From positions 64,830 through 128,829 of the forward strand of contig CAZAVK010000002.1 of assembly GCA_964488645.1 (NCBI GenBank): a stretch of 64,000 nucleotides of DNA. Direction: 5' to 3'. Below, one piece after another: positions 47,607 to 57,713 of this stretch. This stretch comes from an uncultured Rikenella sp. (GTDB taxonomy: Bacteria > Bacteroidota > Bacteroidia > Bacteroidales > VadinHA17). The notes below the pieces were generated by a model that was given only the letters and a program-made list of their open reading frames with translations, searched no databases and was not told the origin of the DNA. How positions within the stretch are numbered: the first letter of the stretch is position 1; each line of letters begins with the position of its first letter. Position numbers and translations under genes: made by a program.

Positions 47607-48838
47607 AGCTGTCACTCTACATAGCGAAGCGATACCTTTTCGCGAAGAAATCGCGCAACGCCATCAACGTTATCTCTGCCATCTCGGTGGCAGGGGTGAC
47701 CGTGGGAACGATGGCACTGTTCACAATCCTCTCGGTCTTCAACGGGCTTGAAGATATGGTCAGGAGCATCTTCAGCACCTCCGATCCGCAGATAAAGATC
47801 ACCCCTGTTACGGGGAAGGTATTCACCCCCGATACCATTCTGCTGGAACGTCTGACAGCCACCGAAGGGGTAGAGGCATGGGCCACCACCCTCGAGGAGA
47901 ACGCCCTGCTCCGCTATGAGCAGCAGCAATATATTGCCACCATCAAGGGGGTCTCTGATAACTACGCCCGGGTGACCGACCTTGACACCGCCATGTGGGA
48001 CGGCGAGTTCATCCTCCGCGCAGAGAACGGCAGGCCTTACGCCGTTGCCGGGCTGGGCGTGGCAAACTACCTGGGCATACGGCTCAACTTCGTATCGCCG
48101 CTGGCAATATACATGCCTGACCGCAAGGCCCGGATAAAGGCAACACCTGACAGTGAGTTCACCCGGAAGTACATCTACCTCTCGGGTATCTTCGCCGTGG
48201 AGCAGGACTTTGACTCAAAGTACCTCTTCCTGCCCATTGACTTTGCACGGGACCTCCTCGACTATCCCACCGAGGTGAGCTCGATCGAGGTGAGGCTGAC
48301 CCCCGCCGCTGACGAGAAAAAGACGCAGAACGCCATCAGGCAGCTGATGGGAAAGGGATTCCTCGTACAGAACCGCTATGAGCAGCAGGAGATATTCTAC
48401 AAGGTGATGAAGGCCGAACGGCTGGCCATCTTCGTTATACTCACCTTTATCCTCATCGTGGCCTCGTTCAACATCATCGGCTCCCTGATGATGCTGATAA
48501 TAGAGAAGGAGCGCGACATCGGTATCCTGCGCAGCCTGGGGGCCGATAACCGGCTGATAAAACGCATCTTCATCTATGAGGGATGGATGATATCGCTGCT
48601 CGGTACCGCTGCCGGACTGACCCTGGGGGTTATCCTATGCCTGGCCCAGCAGCACTTTGGTATTGTCAAACTGGCCGGCGACTCCCTCCTGATCGATGCC
48701 TATCCCGTCAGGATGAAAATCTCTGACCTCTTCATCGTGGCTGCCACAGTGATGGCTATCGGTTACGCCGCTGCATGGTACCCGGTACACTACCTCTCTC
48801 GCAAGAGCCTGAGAGAGACCGACAAAAAACAACAGTAA
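47603..48838 (+). CDS. FtsX-like (LolC/E-type) ABC transporter permease
   Basis: N-terminal MKLSLYIAKRYLFAKKSRNAINVISAISVAGV, a large periplasmic domain, and a C-terminal FtsX 3-TM bundle. Confidence 0.8.
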   Translation: MKLSLYIAKRYLFAKKSRNAINVISAISVAGVTVGTMALFTILSVFNGLEDMVRSIFSTSDPQIKITPVTGKVFTPDTILLERLTATEGVEAWATTLEENALLRYEQQQYIATIKGVSDNYARVTDLDTAMWDGEFILRAENGRPYAVAGLGVANYLGIRLNFVSPLAIYMPDRKARIKATPDSEFTRKYIYLSGIFAVEQDFDSKYLFLPIDFARDLLDYPTEVSSIEVRLTPAADEKKTQNAIRQLMGKGFLVQNRYEQQEIFYKVMKAERLAIFVILTFILIVASFNIIGSLMMLIIEKERDIGILRSLGADNRLIKRIFIYEGWMISLLGTAAGLTLGVILCLAQQHFGIVKLAGDSLLIDAYPVRMKISDLFIVAATVMAIGYAAAWYPVHYLSRKSLRETDKKQQ

Positions 48839-49617
48839 TGAGACTGACACCGCTTCTGCTGGCTGCCCTGCTGCTTACCGCCAACTCATGCAACGGTCCC
48901 GGATCCGGTAAACCGGCTGCCCGGAACCGTATCCCCGACAATGACCTGGTGGCTATCCTTACCGATACCTATCTCACCTCCGGCATGCTTGACCTCTACT
49001 CATTCAATATAACCTGGGGAAGACGCGATTCAACCCTCAACTATATTGATGTTATTGAGAGTCATGGTTATACCTGGGAGCAGTTCAATGCAACCATGAA
49101 GTATTATTTTGCTTCAAAACCGAAAAAACTCTCCAGGATATATGACAGGGTCACCGGCAGCCTGCTCGAGCTGGAAGCCACCATGATGGCCGATACACGT
49201 GCTGAAGTGCCGGCGGAAGAAAACCTGTGGAACGGTAAATTCAGTTACAACCTGCCGGAAGATTTTACACGCGATCCGATATGGTTTGACATACCTCTTG
49301 AGCAAGCCGGGGAGTATGTGCTCAGGGCTGACATACGCCTTTTCGAAGATGACCACAGCCTCAATCCGCGTGTGACAGTCTACTTCAGCCATACCGGCAG
49401 TGACGGGGAGGAGCAGCGCGACTACTGGGAGGAGGCTGCATTGGAGCAGGACGGACAGCTTCACTCGGTTATGCTGCATCATTATACCGGTCTCACCCGG
49501 GGTGTACGGCTGCGCGGGTGGCTGCTGAACCATGACAACCGGTCAGGCAGGTGGCAGAAGCATGCAAGGGTTACCAACATCAGCATCACCCTGTCAGACG
49601 AAGGCATTGTCAAGTAA
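48838..49617 (+). CDS. Lipoprotein of unknown function (DUF4296-like N-terminus)
   Basis: Signal peptide with Cys (LLLTANSC), then IPDNDLVAILTDTYLTSGMLDL. The ATG at 48838 overlaps the upstream TAA. Confidence 0.5.
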   Translation: MRLTPLLLAALLLTANSCNGPGSGKPAARNRIPDNDLVAILTDTYLTSGMLDLYSFNITWGRRDSTLNYIDVIESHGYTWEQFNATMKYYFASKPKKLSRIYDRVTGSLLELEATMMADTRAEVPAEENLWNGKFSYNLPEDFTRDPIWFDIPLEQAGEYVLRADIRLFEDDHSLNPRVTVYFSHTGSDGEEQRDYWEEAALEQDGQLHSVMLHHYTGLTRGVRLRGWLLNHDNRSGRWQKHARVTNISITLSDEGIVK

Positions 49618-49619
49618 CG

Positions 49620-50723
49620 ATGAGGAGGCTGGCCGCACAATACATCTTCACCTCTGCCGGTGCGCCGCTTAAGCGCGGGGTGATCACCGCCGGTGCTGAC
49701 GGCACCATCATACAGGTTGAAGATACCGGAGGGAGGCTTGCCGAGAGCGCCTCCACCGTGTTTTACAATGGCATCATCATCCCCGGCCTGGTCAACGCTC
49801 ACTCGCACCTCGAGCTGTCACACATGAGCGGACTCATCCCTCCCGGCACCGGTCTTGACGGATTCATTGCAGCCATGCGGGCAGCCAGAGAGGCTCCCCG
49901 TGAGGCCATGCTTGCCGCTGCCCGGCAGGCTGATGCCGCTATGTATGCTGAAGGGGTGGAGGCATGCGGTGATATAAGCAACACGCCGCTCACCCTTGAG
50001 CTCAAGAGCGGAAGCCCTGTCCGCTACCACACTTTCATCGAGCTCTTCGGTCTCGATCCCGCCGTTGCCGCCCCGCGCATGGAGGCTGCCCTCAGCCTCT
50101 CTGCCGCAGCTGCGGCAGCACACCTGCCGGCACAGGTAACCCCCCATTCACTCTACTCCCTCTCGGCACCTCTCTCACGGATGGTGAGGGAGCAGATCCG
50201 CCATGATTCGGTCATCTCGCTGCACTTCCTCGAGTCTGATGATGAGCGCACGATGACCTCCCGTCACGCCGGACGGGCCCTTGAGCTGGCACGGCTCGCC
50301 TCCCGGCTGATCCTGGTGCACAACACCGTCATCACCCGCGACGAGGCAGTGAGGGTAGCCTCTGCCGGCAACACCTGGTTCTGCCTCTGTCCATCATCAA
50401 ACCTCCATATATCCGGTATGATGCCACCGGTGGCGATGCTCCGCGAGGTGACCCCGCGCATCACTGCCGGCACCGACAGCCTCGCCTCATCAGGGCAGCT
50501 CAGCATGCTCACCGAGCTGAGGCTGCTGCATGAGGCCGCCCCGGAATTGCCGCTCGATGAGATTATCCGCTGGGGAACGATCAACGGTGCTCGCGCACTG
50601 CAGATGGAGAGAGAGCTCGGATCGATCGAACCCGGCAAGCGGCCCGGACTGCTGCTGATAGAGCCCGTTGACCTTGTGAATATGCGCCTCCTTCCCGACA
50701 GCCGGATACGCAGATTATTTTAA
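49620..50723 (+). CDS. Amidohydrolase-superfamily protein (metal-dependent hydrolase/deaminase-like)
   Basis: GIIIPGLVNAHSHLELS (HxH metal motif). About 367 aa. ATG at 49620. Confidence 0.7.
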   Translation: MRRLAAQYIFTSAGAPLKRGVITAGADGTIIQVEDTGGRLAESASTVFYNGIIIPGLVNAHSHLELSHMSGLIPPGTGLDGFIAAMRAAREAPREAMLAAARQADAAMYAEGVEACGDISNTPLTLELKSGSPVRYHTFIELFGLDPAVAAPRMEAALSLSAAAAAAHLPAQVTPHSLYSLSAPLSRMVREQIRHDSVISLHFLESDDERTMTSRHAGRALELARLASRLILVHNTVITRDEAVRVASAGNTWFCLCPSSNLHISGMMPPVAMLREVTPRITAGTDSLASSGQLSMLTELRLLHEAAPELPLDEIIRWGTINGARALQMERELGSIEPGKRPGLLLIEPVDLVNMRLLPDSRIRRLF

Positions 50724-50728
50724 ATTTG
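50721..50728 (+). promoter_or_regulatory. Candidate -7 promoter box (TAnnTTTG)
   Basis: TAAATTTG overlaps the upstream stop codon and lies 23 nt upstream of the ATG at 50752. Confidence 0.4.
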
Positions 50729-50751
50729 CACCTTTATCAATTTTCTCCGGA

Positions 50752-51534
50752 ATGGCAACCTTCCTTTTTGACAGCATAGTCTTCGGTCCGGTCACCAGCC
50801 GACGCCTCGGTGTATCGCTCGGCATCAACCTGCTGCCGGTCAGCCGCAAGGTGTGCACCTTCAACTGTATCTACTGCGAATGCGGGTGGACCTATGAAGA
50901 CAGGGGCAGCCACGAGGGCCTCCCGTCACGTGAGGCGGTGAGGGATGCGCTCCGCAGCAAGCTGGCTGCCATGAAGGCAGAGGGCACCGCACCTGATGTC
51001 ATCACCTATGCAGGCAACGGTGAACCAACCATGCACCCTGAGTTTGCTGCAATAATAGATGACTCCATCACCCTGCGCGATGAGTTCTTCCCCGAAGCAC
51101 GCATCTCGGTGCTCTCGAACGGATCAATGCTGCACCGCAAGAGTGTGCGTGACGCCCTGAAGAGGGTGGATATGAATATCCTCAAGCTCGATTCTGCCCT
51201 CCCGGAGACCATTCGGCTGATCAATCAGCCTAAGGTCAGGATCGACCTTGAGAAGTATGAGGAGTACCTCAGCGACTTCAATGGCCGTTACATCATACAG
51301 ACCCTCTTTGTCAGGGGTGAGTATGAAGGTGTCCCGGTCGACAATGCCACCCCTGCTGAGATCGATGCCTGGCTGAAGGTCATTGCACGGCTGAGGCCTG
51401 AGCAGGTGATGATCTATACCATCCACCGTGACACCCCCCTCGACAATAAGCTCAGGAAGGTGCCGCTAAGCGAGCTCAACAGCATCGCCCGCAGGGTGAA
51501 TGAGCTGGGTATCAGCACCTCTGTATCAGGATAG
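50752..51534 (+). CDS. Radical SAM protein
   Basis: CTFNCIYCECG (CxxxCxxC cluster motif) after GPVTSRRLGVSLGINLLP. 260 aa. Confidence 0.8.
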   Translation: MATFLFDSIVFGPVTSRRLGVSLGINLLPVSRKVCTFNCIYCECGWTYEDRGSHEGLPSREAVRDALRSKLAAMKAEGTAPDVITYAGNGEPTMHPEFAAIIDDSITLRDEFFPEARISVLSNGSMLHRKSVRDALKRVDMNILKLDSALPETIRLINQPKVRIDLEKYEEYLSDFNGRYIIQTLFVRGEYEGVPVDNATPAEIDAWLKVIARLRPEQVMIYTIHRDTPLDNKLRKVPLSELNSIARRVNELGISTSVSG

Positions 51535-51539
51535 CTGCC

Positions 51540-53036
51540 ATGGAGTGCCTGCGGGTGGTGATCAGCCCCCTCAGCTGGGGCCTCGGCCATGCCGGACGGA
51601 TGATCCCGCTCGCGCAGGAGTTCCGCAGAAAGGGTTGCGAGGTCATATTCGCGGCCGATGAGCAGCTGCTGCAACTGGTGAGCAGGGAACTGACAGGAGA
51701 AAGAGTGCCGGGCAGTGAGCAGACAAACAAGGAAATAGCCGGAAATTTCCCGGCAAATGGTTACCCTGCGGGAAAGCTGAATGCCGCTGAAGGCTTTCCC
51801 GGAACCAATTCTCCAGCCATCAGGCTGGTGCCTTTCCCTGGACTGCGTATAAGATACTCCCGGCTCATGCCGCAGTATATCTGCATCTTCCTTCAACTGC
51901 CGCAAATCATTGCCGCCTCGCTGCGCGAGTACCGTTTGCTGAAACGGATGGTTACGGAGTTCAAACCTGACCTGATAATTTCGGATAACCGCTTCGGATT
52001 CCGGCACCGGGAGGTCTTCTCGGTCTATGTCACCCACCAGTTGCGGATACCCTTCCCCGCGGCGCTGCGATTCCTGGAGCCTGTGGGCACACTGCTGCAC
52101 CGCATGGTGATAAACAGATTCGATCTCTGTCTCGTGCCTGACCACCGGGGCAGCAGCAACCTCAGTGGCAGGCTGTCACACGGCCTGCGCCATCAGCCCC
52201 GGAATATGGTCTGTCAGGGCCCCCTCTCACGGTTTGCCCCTGTCAGCCTGAATGCACTCGCAGAGACCCTGCCGGCCGCGATCGGGAAGCGCCTTCATGA
52301 TGATGAAAATACCTGCGCTGAGGGCAACAACGTTCTCTCTCATCATGAAACCTCGCAGCATTATACCCCTCCGCTTAACGTCGCACCCCATTACACAACT
52401 CAGCATGAGACCCCACAGCGTGATATCCCTCAGCAAGACACCACTCTCCCGTCTCCCTCTCCTGATCCATATATCTGCCTGGTGCTTTCAGGCCCGGAGC
52501 CGCAGCGGTCACTGCTCTTTGAGAAGGTCTGTGCAGCCCTTCGGGATATCCCGGATGATGGCAGATCAGCCGGAGAGGCTCCTGCTGCCGGCAGGAAGGC
52601 AGACTGCAATGAGAGACCTGCCAGGCTGGTGGTACTCAGCAGCACCATGCCCCGGGGTGTCAGGGCACATGATCAGCACAGAAGGCCGGTTTCCTCAACT
52701 CCTCCTGACACGCTGCTGCAGACCGGGTTTATAATCTCCCCCGGTACTGCGGTGATGAGGCAAATGATCTGCGGTGCCTCACTGGTGATAGCCAGGGCAG
52801 GCTATACGATGATCATGGAGCTTGTCTCACTGGGGAAGGGAGCCCTGCTCATACCCACCCCAGGCCAGCCGGAGCAGGAGTATCTGGGCAGGTGGCTCAA
52901 TGGCCGGCACGGATTCATCACCCTGAGCCAGAAGCAGCTTGACGGCAAGACACTCTACCGCATCAGTAAAAAGAGCGAGAGCCCCATTATTGCCGCACCG
53001 GCAAAGAATCCGGACCACACCTCTGCCGGTGAATGA
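51540..53036 (+). CDS. GT-B glycosyltransferase (MurG/GT28-like) with large low-complexity inserts
   Basis: N-terminal ISPLSWGLGHAGRMIPLAQEFRRKGCEV and C-terminal ARAGYTMIMELVSLGKGALLIPTPGQPEQEYL are typical GT28/UDP-glycosyltransferase motifs. Inserts lie at roughly residues 52-93 and 233-310. Confidence 0.6.
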   Translation: MECLRVVISPLSWGLGHAGRMIPLAQEFRRKGCEVIFAADEQLLQLVSRELTGERVPGSEQTNKEIAGNFPANGYPAGKLNAAEGFPGTNSPAIRLVPFPGLRIRYSRLMPQYICIFLQLPQIIAASLREYRLLKRMVTEFKPDLIISDNRFGFRHREVFSVYVTHQLRIPFPAALRFLEPVGTLLHRMVINRFDLCLVPDHRGSSNLSGRLSHGLRHQPRNMVCQGPLSRFAPVSLNALAETLPAAIGKRLHDDENTCAEGNNVLSHHETSQHYTPPLNVAPHYTTQHETPQRDIPQQDTTLPSPSPDPYICLVLSGPEPQRSLLFEKVCAALRDIPDDGRSAGEAPAAGRKADCNERPARLVVLSSTMPRGVRAHDQHRRPVSSTPPDTLLQTGFIISPGTAVMRQMICGASLVIARAGYTMIMELVSLGKGALLIPTPGQPEQEYLGRWLNGRHGFITLSQKQLDGKTLYRISKKSESPIIAAPAKNPDHTSAGE

Positions 53037-53794
53037 TCACCCAGATAGATCCTGGCAGACATCACTGAGCTGCCGGCAAGGATAACTGCTATCATCTGCA
53101 GGGTCATCCCCGTGCGGTAGAGTATGATCATCGATATGACCAGTACCAGCAGTCCGCCGAATCCTGCTGCATGCAGCGAGATCTTGTAAACGACGGTGAT
53201 CACCAGCGTGGCCAGTGTCACCACCGCGATGGAGATGAAGTAGGCCCTGAAGAGGTTGGGCGACTGTATCCGCAATACCAGGAAGGCCGTCAGGCTGTAC
53301 ATCAGCAGCGCAAAGGTGAGCAGTATCATCCGCTCATTGCGGTCACGTGCATTGAAGGTGGTGATGGCGCCTCTCCTGTAAAGAATGGCGGCAAGGGCAA
53401 TCGGCATCATGACGTTGTTGGCAAGCACCAGGATGAATATCATCCGTTTGATGGCCTGGGGGATGTATGCATGCAGGGTAGGAGAGCTGAAGATTATGAG
53501 CAGTCCGTATAGAGGCATGAAGATCGGATGGAGCAGTATCGAGAGTATCTCGGCTATCCCCCGCAGGCGTCCTCCGCCGGCTGCCACCGTCTGTTCTTCC
53601 GGTCCCCCGCCCTGTTCCGGAGGCAGTACTGATCCCGGCTGCCGTGTCCCGCCTGACTCCGGAGGTAACCCCGGCTCAGAGAGCGGTGTCCCGCCCGTCT
53701 CCGGGGAGACTCCTTCCCCCGGCTGCCGGCCCTCACCCGGCTCCCTCATTCCATTGTCCGGATTGTTGACCAGATCAGTTCCCTCCCGGCTCAT
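52955..53794 (-). CDS. PAP2-superfamily membrane phosphatase-like protein with a Pro/Gly-rich N-terminal extension
   Basis: KISLHAAGFGG and SARIYLGDHSPAEV resemble PAP2 motifs C2 and C3. Multiple transmembrane helices. The ATG overlaps the rpoN stop (ATGA). Confidence 0.65.
   Translation of the reverse strand: MSREGTDLVNNPDNGMREPGEGRQPGEGVSPETGGTPLSEPGLPPESGGTRQPGSVLPPEQGGGPEEQTVAAGGGRLRGIAEILSILLHPIFMPLYGLLIIFSSPTLHAYIPQAIKRMIFILVLANNVMMPIALAAILYRRGAITTFNARDRNERMILLTFALLMYSLTAFLVLRIQSPNLFRAYFISIAVVTLATLVITVVYKISLHAAGFGGLLVLVISMIILYRTGMTLQMIAVILAGSSVMSARIYLGDHSPAEVWSGFFAGAAIMGLSLFLLMR
53584..53746. repeat. Imperfect in-frame repeat of about 42 bp (about 3 copies) encoding SPETGGTPLSEPGL / PPESGGTRQPGSVL / PPEQGGGPEEQTVA
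   Basis: Read from the translation of the minus-strand CDS. The nucleotide copies are degenerate. Confidence 0.6.
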
Positions 53795-55254
53795 CCCAGC
53801 TCCTTCCTCATCCTTGCCACCGGGATGTTTAGCTGCTCGCGGTACTTTGCCACCGTACGCCGTGCTATCTGATACCCCTTCTCCTGGAGTATCTCTGTCA
53901 GCTTTTCGTCTGTCAGCGGCTTGCGCTTATCCTCACCGCTGATACACTCATAAAGTATCCTCTTTATCTCACGGGTTGAGACCTCATCGCCGCTGTCGGT
54001 CTGCATCGCCTCGGAGAAGAAATATTTCAGCGGGAAGATGCCAAAATGGGTCTGGATATACTTGCTGTTTGCCACACGTGACACGGTTGAGATATCGAGC
54101 CCGGTCATATTCGCCACATCCTTCAGGATCATCGGCCTTAGTTTTGTCTCATCGCCCTCCGCGAAATACTCCTCCTGGTACTTCAGAATGGCATTCATGG
54201 TCAGCAGCAGGGTATTCTGCCTCTGTTTCATGGCATCGATGAACCACCTGGCGGCATCCAGCTTCTGTTTCACGAACATGATGGTTTCGCGGTTCTGCCT
54301 GCCGGCTTTCTTGTCACGTGAATATGCCTCGAGCATCTCGCTGAACTCGCGGTTAACCTTCAGCTCGGGTATATTCCGGTTATTGAGATTCAGCTCCAGC
54401 CTGCCGTCTGTCTGTTCCAGTATAAAGTCGGGTATAATGTGGTGGGCTGATTTGGTATATGGATCACTAAGGCTCCCCCCGGGCTTGGGATTGAGCTTCA
54501 GCACCTCATCAATGACCCCTTTCATCTCCTCCTCACTGATATCCAGCCTGTTCATTATCTTCTCATAATGTCGCCTGGAGAACTCTTCAAAAAAGTCGGT
54601 CAGCACCCTCTTTGCCAGGGCTACCGAAGGAATAGTCTGATCTTTGCGTGCGATCTGCAGCAGGAGACACTCGCGCAGGTCACGTGCACCCACGCCGGCA
54701 GGCTCAAGGTCCTGCACTATCTCAAGGATGGCGTTCAGCTCACTCTCATCAGTAGTGATGTTCTGCAGGAACGCGAGGTCATCAACCATGTTTTCGATCT
54801 CGCGGCGCAGGTAACCGTCATCATCAATATTTCCGATCACATACTCACCGAGGGCCTGTTCACGCTCACCGGTTACACGCAGGTTGAACTGCTGGATCAG
54901 CGTCTCATGGAATGATGTTCCCGCTGCATAGGGTATCTCCTCACGGCGCTCATCGTCAGGTGAGGTATTGCGGATCTGGGTCCTGTACTCGGGGATATCC
55001 TCATCATTCAGGTAGTCTTCTATGGAAAACTCATCGTCTTCATATTCAGACTGATTATTGTCGGCCTCATCCTCCTCGCCGGCTGTATGTATCTCATCAT
55101 CATCATGCCCCTCTTCCAGTGCGGGATTCTCCTCGAGCTCCTTCTTGATCCGCTGCTCTAGCTGCATAGCCGGCACCTCCAGCAGCTTGATCATCTGGAT
55201 CTGCTGCGGCGACAGCTTCTGGAGCAGCTTTTGCTGGAGCTTCTGGTCGAGCAT
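53791..55254 (-). CDS. rpoN: RNA polymerase sigma-54 factor
   Basis: N-terminal LQQKLSPQQIQMIKLLEVP, an acidic region, HTH, and a C-terminal RpoN box ARRTVAKYR. Confidence 0.93.
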   Translation of the reverse strand: MLDQKLQQKLLQKLSPQQIQMIKLLEVPAMQLEQRIKKELEENPALEEGHDDDEIHTAGEEDEADNNQSEYEDDEFSIEDYLNDEDIPEYRTQIRNTSPDDERREEIPYAAGTSFHETLIQQFNLRVTGEREQALGEYVIGNIDDDGYLRREIENMVDDLAFLQNITTDESELNAILEIVQDLEPAGVGARDLRECLLLQIARKDQTIPSVALAKRVLTDFFEEFSRRHYEKIMNRLDISEEEMKGVIDEVLKLNPKPGGSLSDPYTKSAHHIIPDFILEQTDGRLELNLNNRNIPELKVNREFSEMLEAYSRDKKAGRQNRETIMFVKQKLDAARWFIDAMKQRQNTLLLTMNAILKYQEEYFAEGDETKLRPMILKDVANMTGLDISTVSRVANSKYIQTHFGIFPLKYFFSEAMQTDSGDEVSTREIKRILYECISGEDKRKPLTDEKLTEILQEKGYQIARRTVAKYREQLNIPVARMRKELG

Positions 55255-55271
55255 GGCCTGATCAGTACGGT

Positions 55272-56660
55272 TCAGAATTCTGCATTACGCGGTGTCCGCG
55301 GGAATGGTATAACGTCACGTATGTTCGACATCCCGGTCATAAAGAGCATCAGCCTCTCAAAACCGAGTCCGAATCCCGAATGAGGCACGGTGCCGAACTT
55401 GCGTGTCTCAAGGTACCACCAGAGGTCGCTGGCCGGCAGATTGAGCTCGGTGATCCTGCGTGAGAGCTTATCATACTCCTCTTCGCGCTGTGACCCTCCG
55501 ATTATCTCTCCTATCCCGGGGAAGAGCACATCAAGAGCCCTGACTGTACGGCCGTCATCATTCTGTTTCATGTAGAACGCCTTGATACTCATAGGGTAAT
55601 CAGTCAGTATCACCGGCTTCCTGAAGTGTGTCTCCACCAGGTACCGCTCATGCTCCGCCTGCAGGTCGCGGCCCCAGCCAACCGGGTATTCCCACTTGCG
55701 GCCGGCCGATTCGAGTATCGATACCGCCTCGGTATAGGTCAGTCTCTGGTAATTGCTGGCAAGCACGAACTCGAGCCTTTCTATCAGGCCCTTGTCAACC
55801 ATATTGTTGAGGAACTCAAGGTCATCCGCACAGTTATCGAGTCCATACCTGATAAGATACCTGGTAAAATCCTCAGCCAGGTCCATATTGTCGGTGATAT
55901 CCCAGAATGCCATCTCCGGTTCAATCATCCAGAACTCTGCCAGGTGGCGCGGGGTGTTTGAGTTCTCCGCCCTGAATGTGGGGCCGAAGGTATAGATCTC
56001 GCCAAGTGCCAGTGCTCCCAGCTCACCCTCGAGCTGGCCCGACACCGTGAGGTTGGTGGGTCTGCCGAAGAAGTCCTTGTCATAATCAACCCTGCCCTCT
56101 TTTGTGCGGGGCACATTTTCGAGGTCAAGCGTGGTAACATGGAACATCTCGCCGGCACCTTCGGCATCGCTTCCTGTAATGATTGGTGTGTGAAGGTAAT
56201 AGAACCCGCGGTCATTGAAGTACTTGTGTACTGCAAAGGCCATGGCATGCCTGATGCGCATCACCGCCCCGAAGGTGTTGGTACGGAACCGGAGATGGGC
56301 AATCTCCCTCAGGTACTCCATCGAATGGCCCTTCTTCTGCAGGGGATAGGTCTCAGGATCACTCTTTCCGTAGAGGTGTATGTCGGCAGCCTGTATCTCA
56401 ACACTTTGCCCTTTGCCCTGCGACTCCTCAAGCATGCCGGTCACCGAGAGGCTCGCCCCGGTGGTGATATCCCTGATCAGCTCCGCCGGGAAGGAATTCA
56501 AATCAATTACTATCTGGATATTCTTGATTGTAGAGCCGTCATTCAGTGCCACAAATGCAACATTCTTGATCTCCCGCTTGGTCCTGACCCACCCCTTTAC
56601 CAGCACCTTTTCTCCGGTGGTATGGCCTGAAAGCAGCTCCTTTATTCTTTTCCTCTCCAT
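55272..56660 (-). CDS. asnS: Asparagine--tRNA ligase
   Basis: Class II motifs including [20 protein letters not shown] and an OB-fold N-domain. I prefer the ATG at 56660 (the -7 box at 56683-56690 leaves only about 10 nt before the alternative ATG at 56672). Confidence 0.92.
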   Translation of the reverse strand: MERKRIKELLSGHTTGEKVLVKGWVRTKREIKNVAFVALNDGSTIKNIQIVIDLNSFPAELIRDITTGASLSVTGMLEESQGKGQSVEIQAADIHLYGKSDPETYPLQKKGHSMEYLREIAHLRFRTNTFGAVMRIRHAMAFAVHKYFNDRGFYYLHTPIITGSDAEGAGEMFHVTTLDLENVPRTKEGRVDYDKDFFGRPTNLTVSGQLEGELGALALGEIYTFGPTFRAENSNTPRHLAEFWMIEPEMAFWDITDNMDLAEDFTRYLIRYGLDNCADDLEFLNNMVDKGLIERLEFVLASNYQRLTYTEAVSILESAGRKWEYPVGWGRDLQAEHERYLVETHFRKPVILTDYPMSIKAFYMKQNDDGRTVRALDVLFPGIGEIIGGSQREEEYDKLSRRITELNLPASDLWWYLETRKFGTVPHSGFGLGFERLMLFMTGMSNIRDVIPFPRTPRNAEF

Positions 56661-56682
56661 AGGTAAAATCATCTTATAAAGG

Positions 56683-56690
56683 CAAAAATA
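56683..56690 (-). promoter_or_regulatory. Candidate -7 promoter box (TAnnTTTG)
   Basis: The reverse complement reads TATTTTTG, upstream of asnS. Confidence 0.4.
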
Positions 56691-56853
56691 GCATTTTGTT
56701 CCGCTTGCGGGAATGACTCTTCAACAAATGGCATTGTTTTTGTGCGACAAGGCAATTTTTTCATAGCTGCAGGCGTTTTTCCATTGTACCATACCTATTG
56801 AATTTATCCCTTAAAAAGGGTAATTTTACTTTCTAACTGAAAACGATAACAAT

Positions 56854-57696
56854 ATGGAGATCGACAGCAAGATCATCGTGGTTCCCTGGGATTTCACCCC
56901 GGTGGCTGAATATGCATTGCAGCATGCCGTCAAGATTTCTCGTATGACGCATAATGACGTCTGCCTGTTGCATATAGTTGACAAGATAACCAGTGAGGGT
57001 GGTGTCAAGGCCAAGCAGGCCTCTATGAACAACAAGGGGCAGGAGGTTGAACACCTCTTCGGGGTCAGGGTGCGTACTCATGTTCAGCGCGGTACCATCT
57101 TCAAGCAGATACCTGAGTTTGTCAATGACCGCGGTGCCTCGCTGGTGGTCATGGGCACGCATGGCATGAGCGGTATGCAGAAGGTGACCGGCAGCTGGGC
57201 GCTGAAGGTGATCGCCAAGTCAAAGGTGCCATATCTCGTTGTGCAGGCTCCGCCCAATGACAAGGAGCGCTACCAGGATATCGTCTTCCCGGTCGATTTC
57301 CGGTCAGAGGAGAAGGAGAAGCTCTCCATGGCGATCTTCATGGGAAAATATTTTGATTCGAAGGTCCATATACTGAAGGCTGTAAGGAAGGATGACTCAC
57401 TGGCGAAGAAGACCAACCTCAACCTCAACTATACGGTCAGGATGCTTATACAGAACAATATCGAGTATGAGATCCGCGAGATCCCTGCCGACAAGCTGGC
57501 CGAGCAGACCATTGAGATCGCGCTTGAGATGAAGGCTGACATGATACTGATCATGACCACCAAGGATATCACCTTTGCCGACTACGTGTTTGGTGCGAAG
57601 GAGCAGTACATCATCGCCAACAGTTCAAAGATACCCGTCTGCTGCGTCAACCCGACCTCGGCCTATGCCAACCTCGGGCAGTTCATGTACGGATAG
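56854..57696 (+). CDS. Universal stress protein (tandem UspA domains)
   Basis: KIIVVPWDFTPVAEYALQHA and LVVMGTHG. The second half repeats the fold. Confidence 0.78.
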   Translation: MEIDSKIIVVPWDFTPVAEYALQHAVKISRMTHNDVCLLHIVDKITSEGGVKAKQASMNNKGQEVEHLFGVRVRTHVQRGTIFKQIPEFVNDRGASLVVMGTHGMSGMQKVTGSWALKVIAKSKVPYLVVQAPPNDKERYQDIVFPVDFRSEEKEKLSMAIFMGKYFDSKVHILKAVRKDDSLAKKTNLNLNYTVRMLIQNNIEYEIREIPADKLAEQTIEIALEMKADMILIMTTKDITFADYVFGAKEQYIIANSSKIPVCCVNPTSAYANLGQFMYG

Positions 57697-57713
57697 GGCT
57701 TAGGGAAGAGGGG

